Below, in pieces: positions 40,862 to 52,118 of a stretch of 64,000 bases of DNA. This stretch comes from Octopus vulgaris (taxonomy: Eukaryota). Position numbers and translations under genes: made by a program. Under the pieces are notes generated by a model. That model did no database searches, was not told where the DNA came from, and saw nothing but the letters and a program-made list of their open reading frames with translations. The stretch lies in contig OX597814.1 of NCBI GenBank assembly GCA_951406725.2, positions 141,236,001 to 141,300,000 on the forward strand, read 5' to 3'. How positions within the stretch are numbered: position 1 is the first letter of the stretch; every line of letters starts with the position of its first letter.

Positions 40862-40897
<36 letters not shown>

Positions 40898-41123
40898 TGC
40901 ACAACATATGAATTTATCCAGTGGTCCTCACAAAAATCCCCTTTAGTGGACCAGGCTACTAACCTCATAATAAAACACCACAAAGGGGTGTAATGTAGAG
41001 TCCAATTCAATTTGAATCCAGTAAATCCAATTTATTAATGAATATTTCATTAGCAGTGTATTAATATAAAGAAAGAGAGGAGGTTTGAGATGAATATATT
41101 GATTTCACCAGCTGATATCCATG

Positions 41124-41152
41124 TGACTACGATCGTTTCGCAGCCTCATCAT
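41124..41152 (-). ncRNA. Degenerate minimal hammerhead motif
   Basis: Minus strand TGATGA-GGCTGC-GAAA-CGATCG-TA-GTCA with palindromic stem III; stems I and II are poor. Confidence 0.35.
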
Positions 41153-41160
41153 AGAAAAAG

Positions 41161-41351
41161 TATGTATGTATGTATGTATGTATGTATGTATGTATGTATG
41201 TATGTATGTATGTATGTATGTATGTATGTATGTATGTATGTATGTATGTATGTATGTATGTATGTATGTATGTATGTATGTATGTATGTATGTATGTATG
41301 TATGTATGTATGTATGTATGTATGTATGTATGTATGTATGTATGTATGTAT
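41161..41351. repeat. (TATG)n microsatellite
   Basis: Perfect tetranucleotide run; explains the MYVC/IHTY ORFs. Confidence 0.98.
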
Positions 41352-42440
41352 ATCAGCTAGTCTGTCCATGTTTGTTATATCTCTCTGTTTTGAGTTCAAA
41401 TCCCTTCGGTGTATATTGTGCCTTTCATATTTTCGGATTCGATAAGATGATTACCCTCGAACTTGGAGACGAGTGTCCGAATGCTTGTGAAGCCTAATAT
41501 ATCACACTAATACTATTTTTCTCTATTTACTTAAGGGACCCGCTTACCAAAAGCGTTTCAATCATGTCCACCCTGTACTTTATATTTGTCGGGAATCCTA
41601 GACTAAATTATCCAGTGTATCCTTTCTAAAGAACTTCAGAGGTTGGTGGAAATAATGAGATACCTTGCCAAAGAGAGAACTTTCTCAATCAAAAGGCCGT
41701 CGTTCATATTGTTTTATGTGAGTAATTCCTTCAGAACAATCGTCGTTCCCTGTCATCTATAAACCCATCACTCATATTCTTTGGTATGATTATCCACTTC
41801 ATGGTACTACTCTTTCTCCTTCAACCAAAAAGCCTCTAACTCTTTCATGTAATTATCCAATGGCATGGCGGCACAGAATTGTTAGCACGTTGGGCGAAAT
41901 GCCTAGCGGTATTTCATTCATCCTTATGTTCTGAGTTCAAATTTTGTCCAAGCCTTCTTTGCTTCTTATTCTTTCGGAGTTGATAAAATGAGTACCAGTT
42001 GAGCACTGGGGTTGTTGTAATCGAATTAACTATTTCTGGGTAAGAGTATAAAAAGAAAAAAAAAACACAACAAAAACTCCACCTCTCTACCAAGCCATGT
42101 CGAGCTAGTGTGGAAGAGTAGGCTCATCCAACCAGTATGATCTTGAAGGTCACGGCCTCCACATCAGACCGTGTTTAGTGGAGACAACATGCTGAGGCCT
42201 TCGTCCTGCAGTGGACTTAACATAGGCAATCCCATTCAATCCAGTGACATATATAATTACGTTTCAGTCATAAAACCACCGTTATTCAATTGATCAAATT
42301 TCTTTAAAACCCGTTCACGACGCTCGTACTTTTCTACCATCTATAACATACACCGATCCTCATTATTTGATGCAGTTATCCAGTTCAACGTATCAGTCCT
42401 TCCCTATCTTCCTTAAATGCTTACACTACTTTATCAATAT

Positions 42441-42953
42441 CTAGCAGTATCGCCCGGCGTTGCTCGGGTTTGTAAGGGAAATAACTATATAAGCATTTTT
42501 AGAGAGTTACTTCCCTTATAGATGCCAATTCGGGCTTTCTTAGCCATTTCTGTTTTGGTGTCTTCAAGCCATGAAGTCGTTGTTCTAAAAGAACGCTGGT
42601 CTCCTTGACAACGCTTTACGACGTTGATTTCCTTACACTCCCTTCCCCACAGCTTCACGAGGGAGGGAAGAAGGGGGAGAAGCAAACAGGTGCAGGTGTG
42701 ACCATGGACGCCAACTCCGCCGCCATCGACACACGAAAAATTATGCATTAAAATGGAATAAAAAATGATGTTAAATTATTTTTAAAATCGTAGACTCATC
42801 GTAAACGCGTGCTAATAGCCAGACGGGCTCGATATGAATCACGACTATAAGATACCCGAATTTGGTTAAACTGCACCGCAAAATGTGGGAGTAGTTAGGA
42901 ATCTAAATCGAAGGGGACAGACACTCACGCAACTACAGTTTTATATATATAGA
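42441..42953 (-). mobile_element. Non-autonomous Helitron
   Basis: Minus strand begins TCTATATATATAAAA and ends with the hairpin CCCGAGCAACGCCGGG followed by ...CTAG. Second copy at 63646-64000. Confidence 0.8.
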
Positions 42954-43593
42954 TAAACTCATTGCTCTTATTGTTTGGTGCGATTATTCAGTTCACAACC
43001 GGCAGTACTTTACTATCAACACTGTCCTAATTTCTCTTACTGTTTATTGTGTTTAGCCATTTTTTTTCGGCCTCGTTTTTCCTTATCATTCATGAACCCA
43101 TTTGTGTTATTGTTTAATGTAATTTATTGTTTATGCCTCACGTCCTTCTCCATTCGCAATTAACCTACTGTTTTTATTGTCTGTTTACGCATTTATGTAT
43201 AATGACACTTTCGCAGTGTTTGGATTACATTCTTCCCGTTGACCTGCTTTATATAGTATAAATAGAAATATAGATAAATAGACACACGCACAAATAGATA
43301 AATAGATAGAGAGATAGATAGATAGATAGATGGATAAATAGATGGATAGATGGATAAATAGATAAAAAGACAGTTAAACAGTTACACTGATAGTGGGTTA
43401 GATAGACAAGTAGACAGACAGAGAAATAGTTAATAGATAGATAGATTAATAGATAGATAGACAAACAGACAGACTGCTGGTTACATTACCAGATATTTGA
43501 ATTGATAACACTGGTTAACGCATATTTTCTGTTACAAGGTTTATCAATGGTTTTTAGCTAATTTTGGAATGCCGAGAATTTTGGAATGCCGAG

Positions 43594-43708
43594 TCAGTAG
43601 AGCTATCTTCAATGAAGGGCGTTGCCCTTTGTCCACCCCATATATTTGTATGTGATGGATTACATTCAATATCTCCCATCTTTTTATGACGGTATATTTC
43701 GATGTTAT
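43594..43708 (+). repeat. 115-bp copy of 39178-39292
   Basis: Identical by eye; preceded by a 17-bp tandem duplication AATTTTGGAATGCCGAG x2. Confidence 0.92.
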
Positions 43709-44361
43709 CAGACATAAGATTTTGTCTATCGCATTAGATTTTTGAAATATAAAAGCTTTTAGATTTGCTAGAAACAGCTATTTAATGCTCATAAAGGAGG
43801 AATTAAACATACGTAGATGCAATTTTTATTAGACAGTATGTCTTTTTTTAATCTAATAAACCAAAACATAAAGTTGTGTGAGTAGATGGACATTAGCATG
43901 TAAGACTTAGGCTTGGTTATAACAAAATATCAATTCAAAATCTCTATTCATTTTAGTCATTCAATCTGATCATCGTATTACTGCAAGAACTTCCTCTTTT
44001 TTAACTATCTCTCGTGCACAGCTTCTGAAATATCTCTCATGATATTAAAATTAATTTCAAGAATCTGAACAAAAACTGCAATTAAAAAAAGTGTACCAGA
44101 AAACGTTTCAAATACAGAGGAAATATACAAATATAAACATTATTTTCCATCGTACTATTAATTTTGTTTCATTTTGAAAACTGAAAATTTATTTTATACT
44201 TTATTAATATTTATCCTTTGAATTAAATGTATACTGGAGCACCAAAATCTTTTAAGTTTTTAGGATATCTGTGGCCCTTAATCCGGCTCTGAATAGAAAT
44301 AATGGAACCAAGGACAGAGAATAAAGAAAAAAACATTATATATTTGCTTAAAGGTTTGTTG

Positions 44362-44433
44362 AGCAGAGTGGCACAATGGAAGCATGTTGGACCCTTAACT
44401 CAGAGGTCCATAAATCAGATCTACACCCTGCTT
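44362..44433 (+). pseudogene. Initiator tRNA-Met pseudogene
   Basis: AGCAGAGTGGCACAATGGAAGCATGTTGGACCCTTAACTCAGAGGTC...CCCTGCT aligns to animal iMet AGCAGAGTGGCGCAGCGGAAGCGTGCTGGGCCCATAACCCAGAGGTC; anticodon CAT mutated to CTT. Confidence 0.8.
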
Positions 44434-45238
44434 GATATTGAATACTATTTTTTATATTTTTTTTTTACATCACAATTGAATTGTCTACAAATATATCAAC
44501 CATATACATGCATATACACCAATAGGTGTAGGTACAAATTATATCATACAAGGTCAGCGTGTCACCAACTGAAATGTATGCATCGAAACCCAATTAGCGT
44601 AGCGGATAGTAATAGTAAACATCGTAGCAGTTTCACACACATGCCTGTGCTATTATCTCTACTGTAAATAGACGTTATAGTTTGTTAAAGTGATGTCATT
44701 TAGAAATACGTCAGAGAAAATAACACGGCTCACTACAAAAAGAAACAAACGTCATCGCAATTTTTGATTGCAGTTTCTACGTCATTATTCATTACAATTA
44801 AAGCAACGGCGAACTGACAGAACCATTAGAGCGTTGGAAAATGCCTTGTATTTCATCTCGTTCATTACAATCTAGGGCTTCAATTTCGTAGAGATCAGTA
44901 TTACGGGCTGACTAGCCACATTTTCCTGGTAATGGCTGTCCCTGAGCTTAAATTAGAAACAATTACACATTGTAATTGTTTACATAAACAATAAAAACAT
45001 AATTAATCTTTCAAATTTCGGCACAGAATCAACAATATATATTTTTAGAGGGAAGGGGAGTCAATTACAACGACCCTAGTGCTTAAATGGAACTTATTTT
45101 ATCGGCGTCGGTAGGAAGGACGGCAAAGTCAACCTTGGTAGCATTTGATCCCAGAACATAAAGAGCAAGGAGAAATGTTGCCGAGCATTTATCCTCCATC
45201 GTAGCGATTCTGTTTCTTTGTCGCCTTTCAATGAGGAC

Positions 45239-45299
<61 letters not shown>

Positions 45300-45301
<2 letters not shown>

Positions 45302-45828
45302 TGCCCTGATGCCGTACCAGGCAGTGGCGCTCGTGGCTTCTGATCTTAACTGATTGGAAGTGTTATCATGTACATTGTTTTGTCTTGGTATAAAAGATGG
45401 GCAACAGCAAATATTCTGCTCAATACCATAGATTTGCTCGTCAGTTGTTTGACCTTAACCAGTTGAGTATGTCCTTTAGTGACTGACGATATGTGCATCT
45501 CTGATCACAAGCAGAAGTAGTGGGGAGCATCATAGCCATGTGTTGAAAGGGATTCTTTGAGGTTTGAATAATTCTCCTCTGGAAACAACCCTTATTCAGG
45601 GACCTTTTGAGCGAGATGGGTTACTCGACCAGAAGAAAATTCTAACTGGGCCCCACCTGCAAGGTCATGTGCTGTTTATCTTGATATGAGATCACCATGT
45701 CGCGCACATATGGTTGTGATGTATGTGCCTAGTGTACCTTTATCAGACGGGTAGTCATGATGGGTATACCGGGCTTCGTATATTTTACCCCAGTGTCACT
45801 TTGATGGCATACACTGCTCTCTCACTCA
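45300..45828 (+). mobile_element. ~530-bp element inserted within (TAA)n
   Basis: Higher-GC block bounded on both sides by TAA microsatellite; no coding signal. Possibly a non-autonomous element that uses TAA targets. Confidence 0.5.
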
Positions 45829-45882
45829 ATAATAATAATAATAATGTTAATAATGATAATAATAATAATAATGTTAATAATG

Positions 45883-45932
<50 letters not shown>

Positions 45933-45933
<1 letters not shown>

Positions 45934-46240
45934 TGGACAAGGTGCACCACATATGCTATATAGCTGATGTTGCATGCCCCTTTGATCCACGAATAGTGAA
46001 GAAGGAAGGCGAAAAGATAGGTAAATACATTCTTAAGTACGAAATAGCCCGGCCATGGAAAATGAAGAAGGTGAAGACAGGGCCAATTATTGTTGGGTCC
46101 TTGGGAGCAGCAGGCATCAAGGAGAATATTCAGGGAGATGCTGCTGACGATAACAGACCGATTTCTTGCATTTCGTTAACTTGGAAGTTACTGTCAGGAG
46201 GAATTGCAGAAGAACTGTATAAATTTCTTGATGAGAACAA
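45933..46240 (+). pseudogene. R4/Dong-type LINE fragment (RLE joined to an RT fragment)
   Basis: DK.HH.CYIADVACPFD.RIVKKE.EK..KY.LKYEIAR.W...PIIVGSLG, then NRPISCISLTWKLLSG.IAEELYKFL; starts directly after (TAA)n. Confidence 0.8.
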
Positions 46241-46244
46241 TATA

Positions 46245-46805
46245 TTTATTTCTTTATTGCCCACGGGGGTGGGGGCTAAACATACAGGGAACAAACAAGG
46301 ATAGACAAAGGGATTAAGTCGATTACATAACTGGTACATATTTAATCGACCCTGAAAGGATAAAAGGCAAAGTCGACCTCGGCAGAATTTGAACTCAGAA
46401 CGTAACGGCAGATGAAATACTGCTAAACATAGAGGGGACAAACAAAGGGATTAAGTCGATTACATCGACCCCCAGTGCATAACTGATACTTATTTAATCG
46501 ACCCCGAGAGGATGAAAAGTAAAGTCGACCTCGGCGAAATTTGAACTCGGAACGTAACGGCAGACGAAATACCTATTTCTTTACTACCCACAAGGGGCTA
46601 AACACAGAGAGGACAAACAAGGACAGACAAACAGATTAAGTTGATTATATCGATCCCAGTTCGTAACTGGTACTTATTTAATCGACTCCGAAAGGATAAA
46701 AGGCAAAGTCAACCCCGACGGAATTTGAACTCAGAACGTAACCACGAGCAAAATACTGCTAAGCACTTATCCAGCGTACTAACGATTCTGCAACCTCGCC
46801 ACCTT
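46245..46805 (-). mobile_element. Multimeric Nin-domain SINE array
   Basis: Three tandem bodies plus a head. Confidence 0.8.
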
Positions 46806-46993
46806 AACAACAGCAACAGCAGCCGTTCAAAAATTTGGACCCGGAGATCTCCATTTCCAGCGACTTCAAGGGCCACCTACAAGTGGTGTCGGGCGTCAAC
46901 GAAGAATCCTTAACTACAACAAGACGAGGTCTGGGGTCTCCCGCCCCTAAGCCCTAGACCATCACCTAATCACTCTTAACCGTCTTGTTGCTT

Positions 46994-47109
<116 letters not shown>

Positions 47110-47725
47110 CACCAACAATAATAACAAAAATAATCCTTTCTACTATTAGCACAAGGCCTGATTTTTATATTTGCTGTTGGTGGGGATAGTGGATTACATC
47201 ATGCCATCTAACCCTTAGCAATGTATTCTTAAGTGGCTTCACTCACCAGTTAATTAAAGGATCCAATCTAATACAAGAGAAGTTGGGTATTCGAATTTTT
47301 ATTGAATATAATATTGTGTTACAGTTACATTTTAAAACGCGTTACAAGAGCGAGATTTGTTGCTCCATATAGGGGTCTGGTGTAAAATAAATATTCTGTT
47401 ATTAGTTCGTTGCCATACTTGATGTCCATGTTAGTGTTGGTATTGATTTACCGTAAAAAATGAGACAATAACGTACCATAGCAAAGAAAGCATTTTGTCT
47501 TATATTGAACCAGGAATTTCACTCATCTGGTTGTCCTTTAATCTCACTACAACACAGATGTTGTAGTGAAAGGTTTTGCTTAACTGATATGAATAAAAAT
47601 GCTGGAGAAACTGTAAGAGCGATAAACGTCACTAAAATCGGTACAGTTTGAACATCACTATTCATTATTGTGTTACATTGTACTTTTTGACATCATAAGA
47701 ATAATTTAGGAGCGACAGCACGTGT

Positions 47726-47799
47726 GGCTCCGTAGCTCAGTTGGTTAGAGCGCCAGTCTAGTAAACTGGAGGTCGAGTGTTCGAATACCTCCGGAGCCT
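47726..47799 (+). tRNA. tRNA-Thr(AGT), probably impaired (C61A)
   Basis: T-arm reads GAGTG-TTCGAAT-ACCTC, breaking G53-C61 and the B-box. Confidence 0.65.
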
Positions 47800-48851
47800 A
47801 GTAGTATACTATAATATTTTTTATGATTTCTTTTCTTAAAATTCACGTAATATTTCTAGTGATATTAATCAACTTTGCCATTTTAAATTTTATGTTCTGT
47901 ATTCACAGAAATTACTGTAATAGTAGTTCAACTACGTTAGATATGTTTTCTTCACAGATCGACGGGTTTAATCATCAGAGTGCAATCTAGTAAAAACGGG
48001 GCTAAATATACGTATGTATCCCTGTTTAAAAATATAACACTAGTACTCCAGACAACCAAGTCATATATCAATCTCATTTATGACTTTAAATACTGTAATA
48101 TTTGGGAGAAGAAAATAAGATTAATATATTTCTCAAGCTACAAATACTGAAGGGTGTAAGTTTTGTTTTATCAGTAATTTAGTTTATCTAAGCTAGTAGG
48201 ATGAAAGGCTAAATTAATCCCGACGATAGCTAGGTAAATACAATAATATATTAATTGCGATCACCGATTGTACTGTGTGGGGACCGGCATGCCAAAAGAC
48301 ATACCCAACGTTTCCTCTGCGTGTCTTAAAAGGGACTAAAAGCGGTTAAGGTAGGATTTGCATACCGACCTTATAAAACCCTCATCAGTAACAGCCACCT
48401 TATAAAACCCTTATCAGTAACAGCCACCCAATTTAGCCTTTCATCCTACTAGCTTAGATAAACTAAATTACTGATAAAACACCAACAAAACTTACACCCT
48501 TCAGTATTTGTAGCTTGAGAAATATATTAATCTTATTTTCTTCTCCCAAATATTACAGTATTTAAAATCAGAAATGAGATTGATATATGACTTGGTTGTC
48601 TGGAGTACTAGTGTTATATTTTTCAACAGGGTCATATACGTATATTTAGCCCCGTTTTTACTAGATTGCGCTCTGGTGATTAAACTCGTCGATCTGTGAA
48701 GAAAACATATCTAACGTAGTTGAACTACTATTACAGTAATTTCTGTGAATACAGAACATAACATTTAAAATGGCAAAGTTGATTAATATCACTAGAAATA
48801 TTACGTGAATTTTAAGAAAAGAAATCATAAAAAGCATTATAGTATACTACT

Positions 48852-48925
48852 AGGCTCCGGAGGGATTCGAACACTCGACCTCCAGTTTACTAGAATGGCG
48901 CTCTAACCAACTGAGCTACGGAGTC
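48852..48925 (-). tRNA. tRNA-Thr(AGT), probably impaired (G2A, G30U)
   Basis: Reverse complement GACTCCG...CCATT-CTAGTAA-ACTGG; mismatches in acceptor and anticodon stems. Confidence 0.6.
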
Positions 48926-49504
48926 ACACGCGTTGCCGCTCCTAAATTATTCTTATGATGTCAAAAAGTACAATGTAACACACTAATGAATAGTGATGTT
49001 CAAACGTTTATCGCTCTTACAGTTACTCCAGCATTTTTATTCATATCAGTTAAGCAAAACCTTTCACTACAACATCTGTGTTGTAGTGAGATTAAAGGAC
49101 AGCCAGATGAGTGAAATTCCTGGTTCAATATAAGATAAAATGCTTTCTTTGCTATGGTACGTTATTGTCTCATTTTTTACGGCACACAGGTGTCATGTGG
49201 CAGGTATCATCTGGTGGATCCAACGATGTACTGTTGCAGCGAATGTCTCCATACTACTACTACTACTACTACTACTACTATTGACTCTGCCACCCCCGAC
49301 CCTAAAAATTAGCGATTCTGTACGGGGCCATTGCAGTCGAATTTCTGTCAAATCATATCCAACATGCGGAAGGACTCATTGGATAACGTTGTCCTTGATT
49401 TATTATAATAAACAAAGACAGTGTACACTGCTTGAACGACGTTTACCGTAGTTTACCGTGAGAGGGATCGTCAAAATTATTTCAGTAAATATACTGAAGA
49501 AATG

Positions 49505-49730
49505 CAACAGGCCGAGAGGGGCAAACTATCAAAGTATCGCTCTCTGACTGGTTTACAGCGAAGATTCCAGTGTTCTCGGCCCCCGGGACCATGTACCTAC
49601 TCACCACTATCGGAGCAGAGATAGCTATCCGCAAGTGTGAAACCTGAGAGTCAGAGTGGCTGTTCCCGCGCATCTCCTTCACCATCCTCCGGGGCAACGC
49701 CCTTCCCATTTTTTCCGCTGGGGCTATGAG
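49505..49730 (+). pseudogene. CRE-like non-LTR retrotransposon restriction-like endonuclease C-terminal fossil
   Basis: Plus-strand peptides QQAERGKLSKYRSL and, after a frameshift, LLTTIGAEIAIRK...EWLFPRISFTILRGNA resemble the AE..K..KY and LFQRIS.AI.RGNA motifs. Confidence 0.65.
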
Positions 49731-50765
49731 GTGGACTGACAAGCCTTTTTAGATATTTCTCTGCTGCTGTGAAGACGAAAGATATGATGATTTAGGCAGG
49801 GTTCTTCATCAAACTCAATGATTTTACTATTTTGTGATTCTGTATAGCAAAAATGAACGTCCTTATGATTGTGAAAAGAACCAATATCGACTGGTCCATA
49901 TTGTATAGATTTTGGTAGCAAGAAAGGCAAATTCAACCTTGACAGGAAATGAATTGAGATGTAAAAGGGCGTAAATAAATGCTGCAAGCCACTTAACTTT
50001 CTCTTAAGGATTCTTCTAAATCACCGCTTTTACTAGCTTCAAAATTGAGTTAGTCTAGTTCATTATGAATTAAAAAAATTTATGTGAGCCCTAAAGTAAC
50101 GGCTCTCATTGATTTAATGTAAATATCCCCGTCACCGGACGTTTATTTCTCTATCAGCCCTAAATCCACAAATCTTATTCTTTGATGAGGTACATCCTTC
50201 ACAATCAGCCGTTTGATTTGATTATTATGTTCGTAGTACACATTATTCACAATCAGTCATAAACCCACAGTTCATATAGTTTAAGGCAGATTTTTCTGTT
50301 CATGGGTAGCTACAGAACAAGCCAACCTTCATTCAGATGAATTATGGTTGAAGGTATTCCATTATTTATAATTACAGTTATTTCGAGTATGGACATATGT
50401 ATTAAATATAGTAAGTGTATTATGAACTTATGTAATTATAAACAGATTTATAATATATAAGAGGTTTCTTTTTTCTTTTTTGCGAAGGCGTTCGCATGCC
50501 GAGCGAAATGCTTAGCGGCATTTCGTACGTCATTACGTTCAGAGTTCAAATTCTGCTGAGATCGACTCTCTTTCATCATTTCGGGGCCAATAAAATAAGT
50601 ATCAGTTAGGTACTGAAATAAATGTAATCGACTTAGCTCCTCCCTCACAATTGCTGGCCTTGTGTAAAAATTTTGAAGTCAATATATGTGAGTTTGCGCT
50701 GAGGTTATACAAATGATTTAATTGCATATATTATGTGATGTTGATGTTATTATATTTATAAAATA

Positions 50766-51493
50766 TTTGGTTGGCAAGAAAGTAATTTCGAATTTTTAGT
50801 GTGAAATAAAATTCATTGTTTTTTTTTTATGCAAAGAATGAACTTTAATCAATTATATATTTTCCATTTCGTTCGATGACCTTTTGCCATCTTTCTGGTA
50901 ACTTCATGATTTCGCGCTTCTGGTCCTTATCAGCCAAAAACTGAAGCAAGTGCAATTTCAGGTCATCATCATTATCGAAATTTTTAACATTCAAAGAACT
51001 TTTCAAACGTAGAAATAAATGATAACCTGATGGTACAAGGTCCGGGCTATATGGTGGACGTGACATCACTTCCCAACCAAGCTCCAGTAATTTTCCACGA
51101 GTTAGCAAAGACGTGTGTTGTCTAGCGTTGTTATGGTGGAACACAATTCCTTTACGATTTGCCAATTCTGGCCGTTTTTCTTTGATTGTTTTCTCCAGTT
51201 TTAGTTGTTGACAGTAACCATCTGAATTGATCGTTTGGTTCCTTGGAAGCAGCTTAAAATACACAACACCTTTGTAATCACACCAAATTAACAGCATGAC
51301 CGTTTTTATGTAATTCAGCATTCAATATGGCCTGTGATGGTTTATTACGCTTGGACCATGATTGCTTCTAAAGTAAGCGAAAAATAACGGCTATCAAATG
51401 TCAAAAGGAAAAAAATTATAACATTAACAAAAGCCGTTCAAGAAAATCGTAACTTTATTTGCGAAAAACGAAATTACTTTCTTGCCAACCCAA
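50766..51493 (-). mobile_element. Internally deleted mariner transposon (mellifera-like subfamily)
   Basis: 25-bp TIRs TT(G/T)GGTTGGCAAGAAAGTAATTTCG with TA on both sides; transposase fragment at 50845-51321. Confidence 0.92.
50845..51321 (-). pseudogene. Mariner DD34D transposase C-terminal half, defective
   Basis: KGVVYF.LLP.NQTINS..YC.QL...KRPEL..RKG..FHH(N)NAR.HTS...PPYSPDL.PS(G)YHLF; two catalytic Asp positions read N and G, and the N-terminus is missing. Confidence 0.92.
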
Positions 51494-51973
51494 TAATTTT
51501 TTATAATAATATGTTCACTATTTAAGGATTTATCAATAACAAGTTCAATAGATTGATATGCTATAGAATTATTTAGATAATTTAGTAAATATAAGTCCGA
51601 TGATAGGGTTAGAGTATGATATGATTAGAGCGAGATTTGACTGCTATTTATAGCGAAACTAGTGACGAGTAGATATTCCATTATTAGTTCGTTGTCAGAG
51701 TTGATGTTGCTGTTAGTGCTTATATTATAATATCTAACACAATAACTTACCAGAGAGAAGACATTATATCATATTGAACCAGGTATCGCCTACATGCCTA
51801 CTCTTTAATCTCAAGAGTAACACAGACGTCGTAGTGAGGGTTTTTGTTAAACTGATATCGATAAGAATAGAATAAATGTACTGAAATAGATACAATTTGA
51901 CGTCACTATTCATTATCATGTTACATTGTAGTGGTTGACGTCATAAGAATAATTTAGGAGCGCTGTCACGTGT

Positions 51974-52047
51974 GGCTCCGTAGCTCAGTCGGTTAGAGCG
52001 CCAGTCTAGTAAACTGGAGGTCGAGTGTTCGAATCACTCCGGAGCCT
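51974..52047 (+). tRNA. tRNA-Thr(AGT), fully paired T-stem
   Basis: GAGTG-TTCGAAT-CACTC (U52-A62); all stems intact; T5 run downstream. Confidence 0.93.
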
Positions 52048-52118
52048 ACTATCAGTGTGACATACGCTTTTTCTTTTAAGATATGTAACTTTGGTATTCG
52101 AAATCAGATAGTATTTTT

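Larger units (their letters stand above)
47451..49182. repeat. Large inverted repeat (arms 47451-48215 and 48430-49182, 214-bp spacer)
   Basis: Arms are reverse complements with few differences; each carries a tRNA-Thr. Confidence 0.95.

Noticed and set aside
41090-41497. ORFs made of MYVC, IHTY, VC, HT, poly-L or poly-N
   Set aside because: Translations of microsatellites.
49482-49742. Minus-strand 86-aa ORF
   Set aside because: The recognisable motifs are on the plus strand (CRE-like endonuclease relic).
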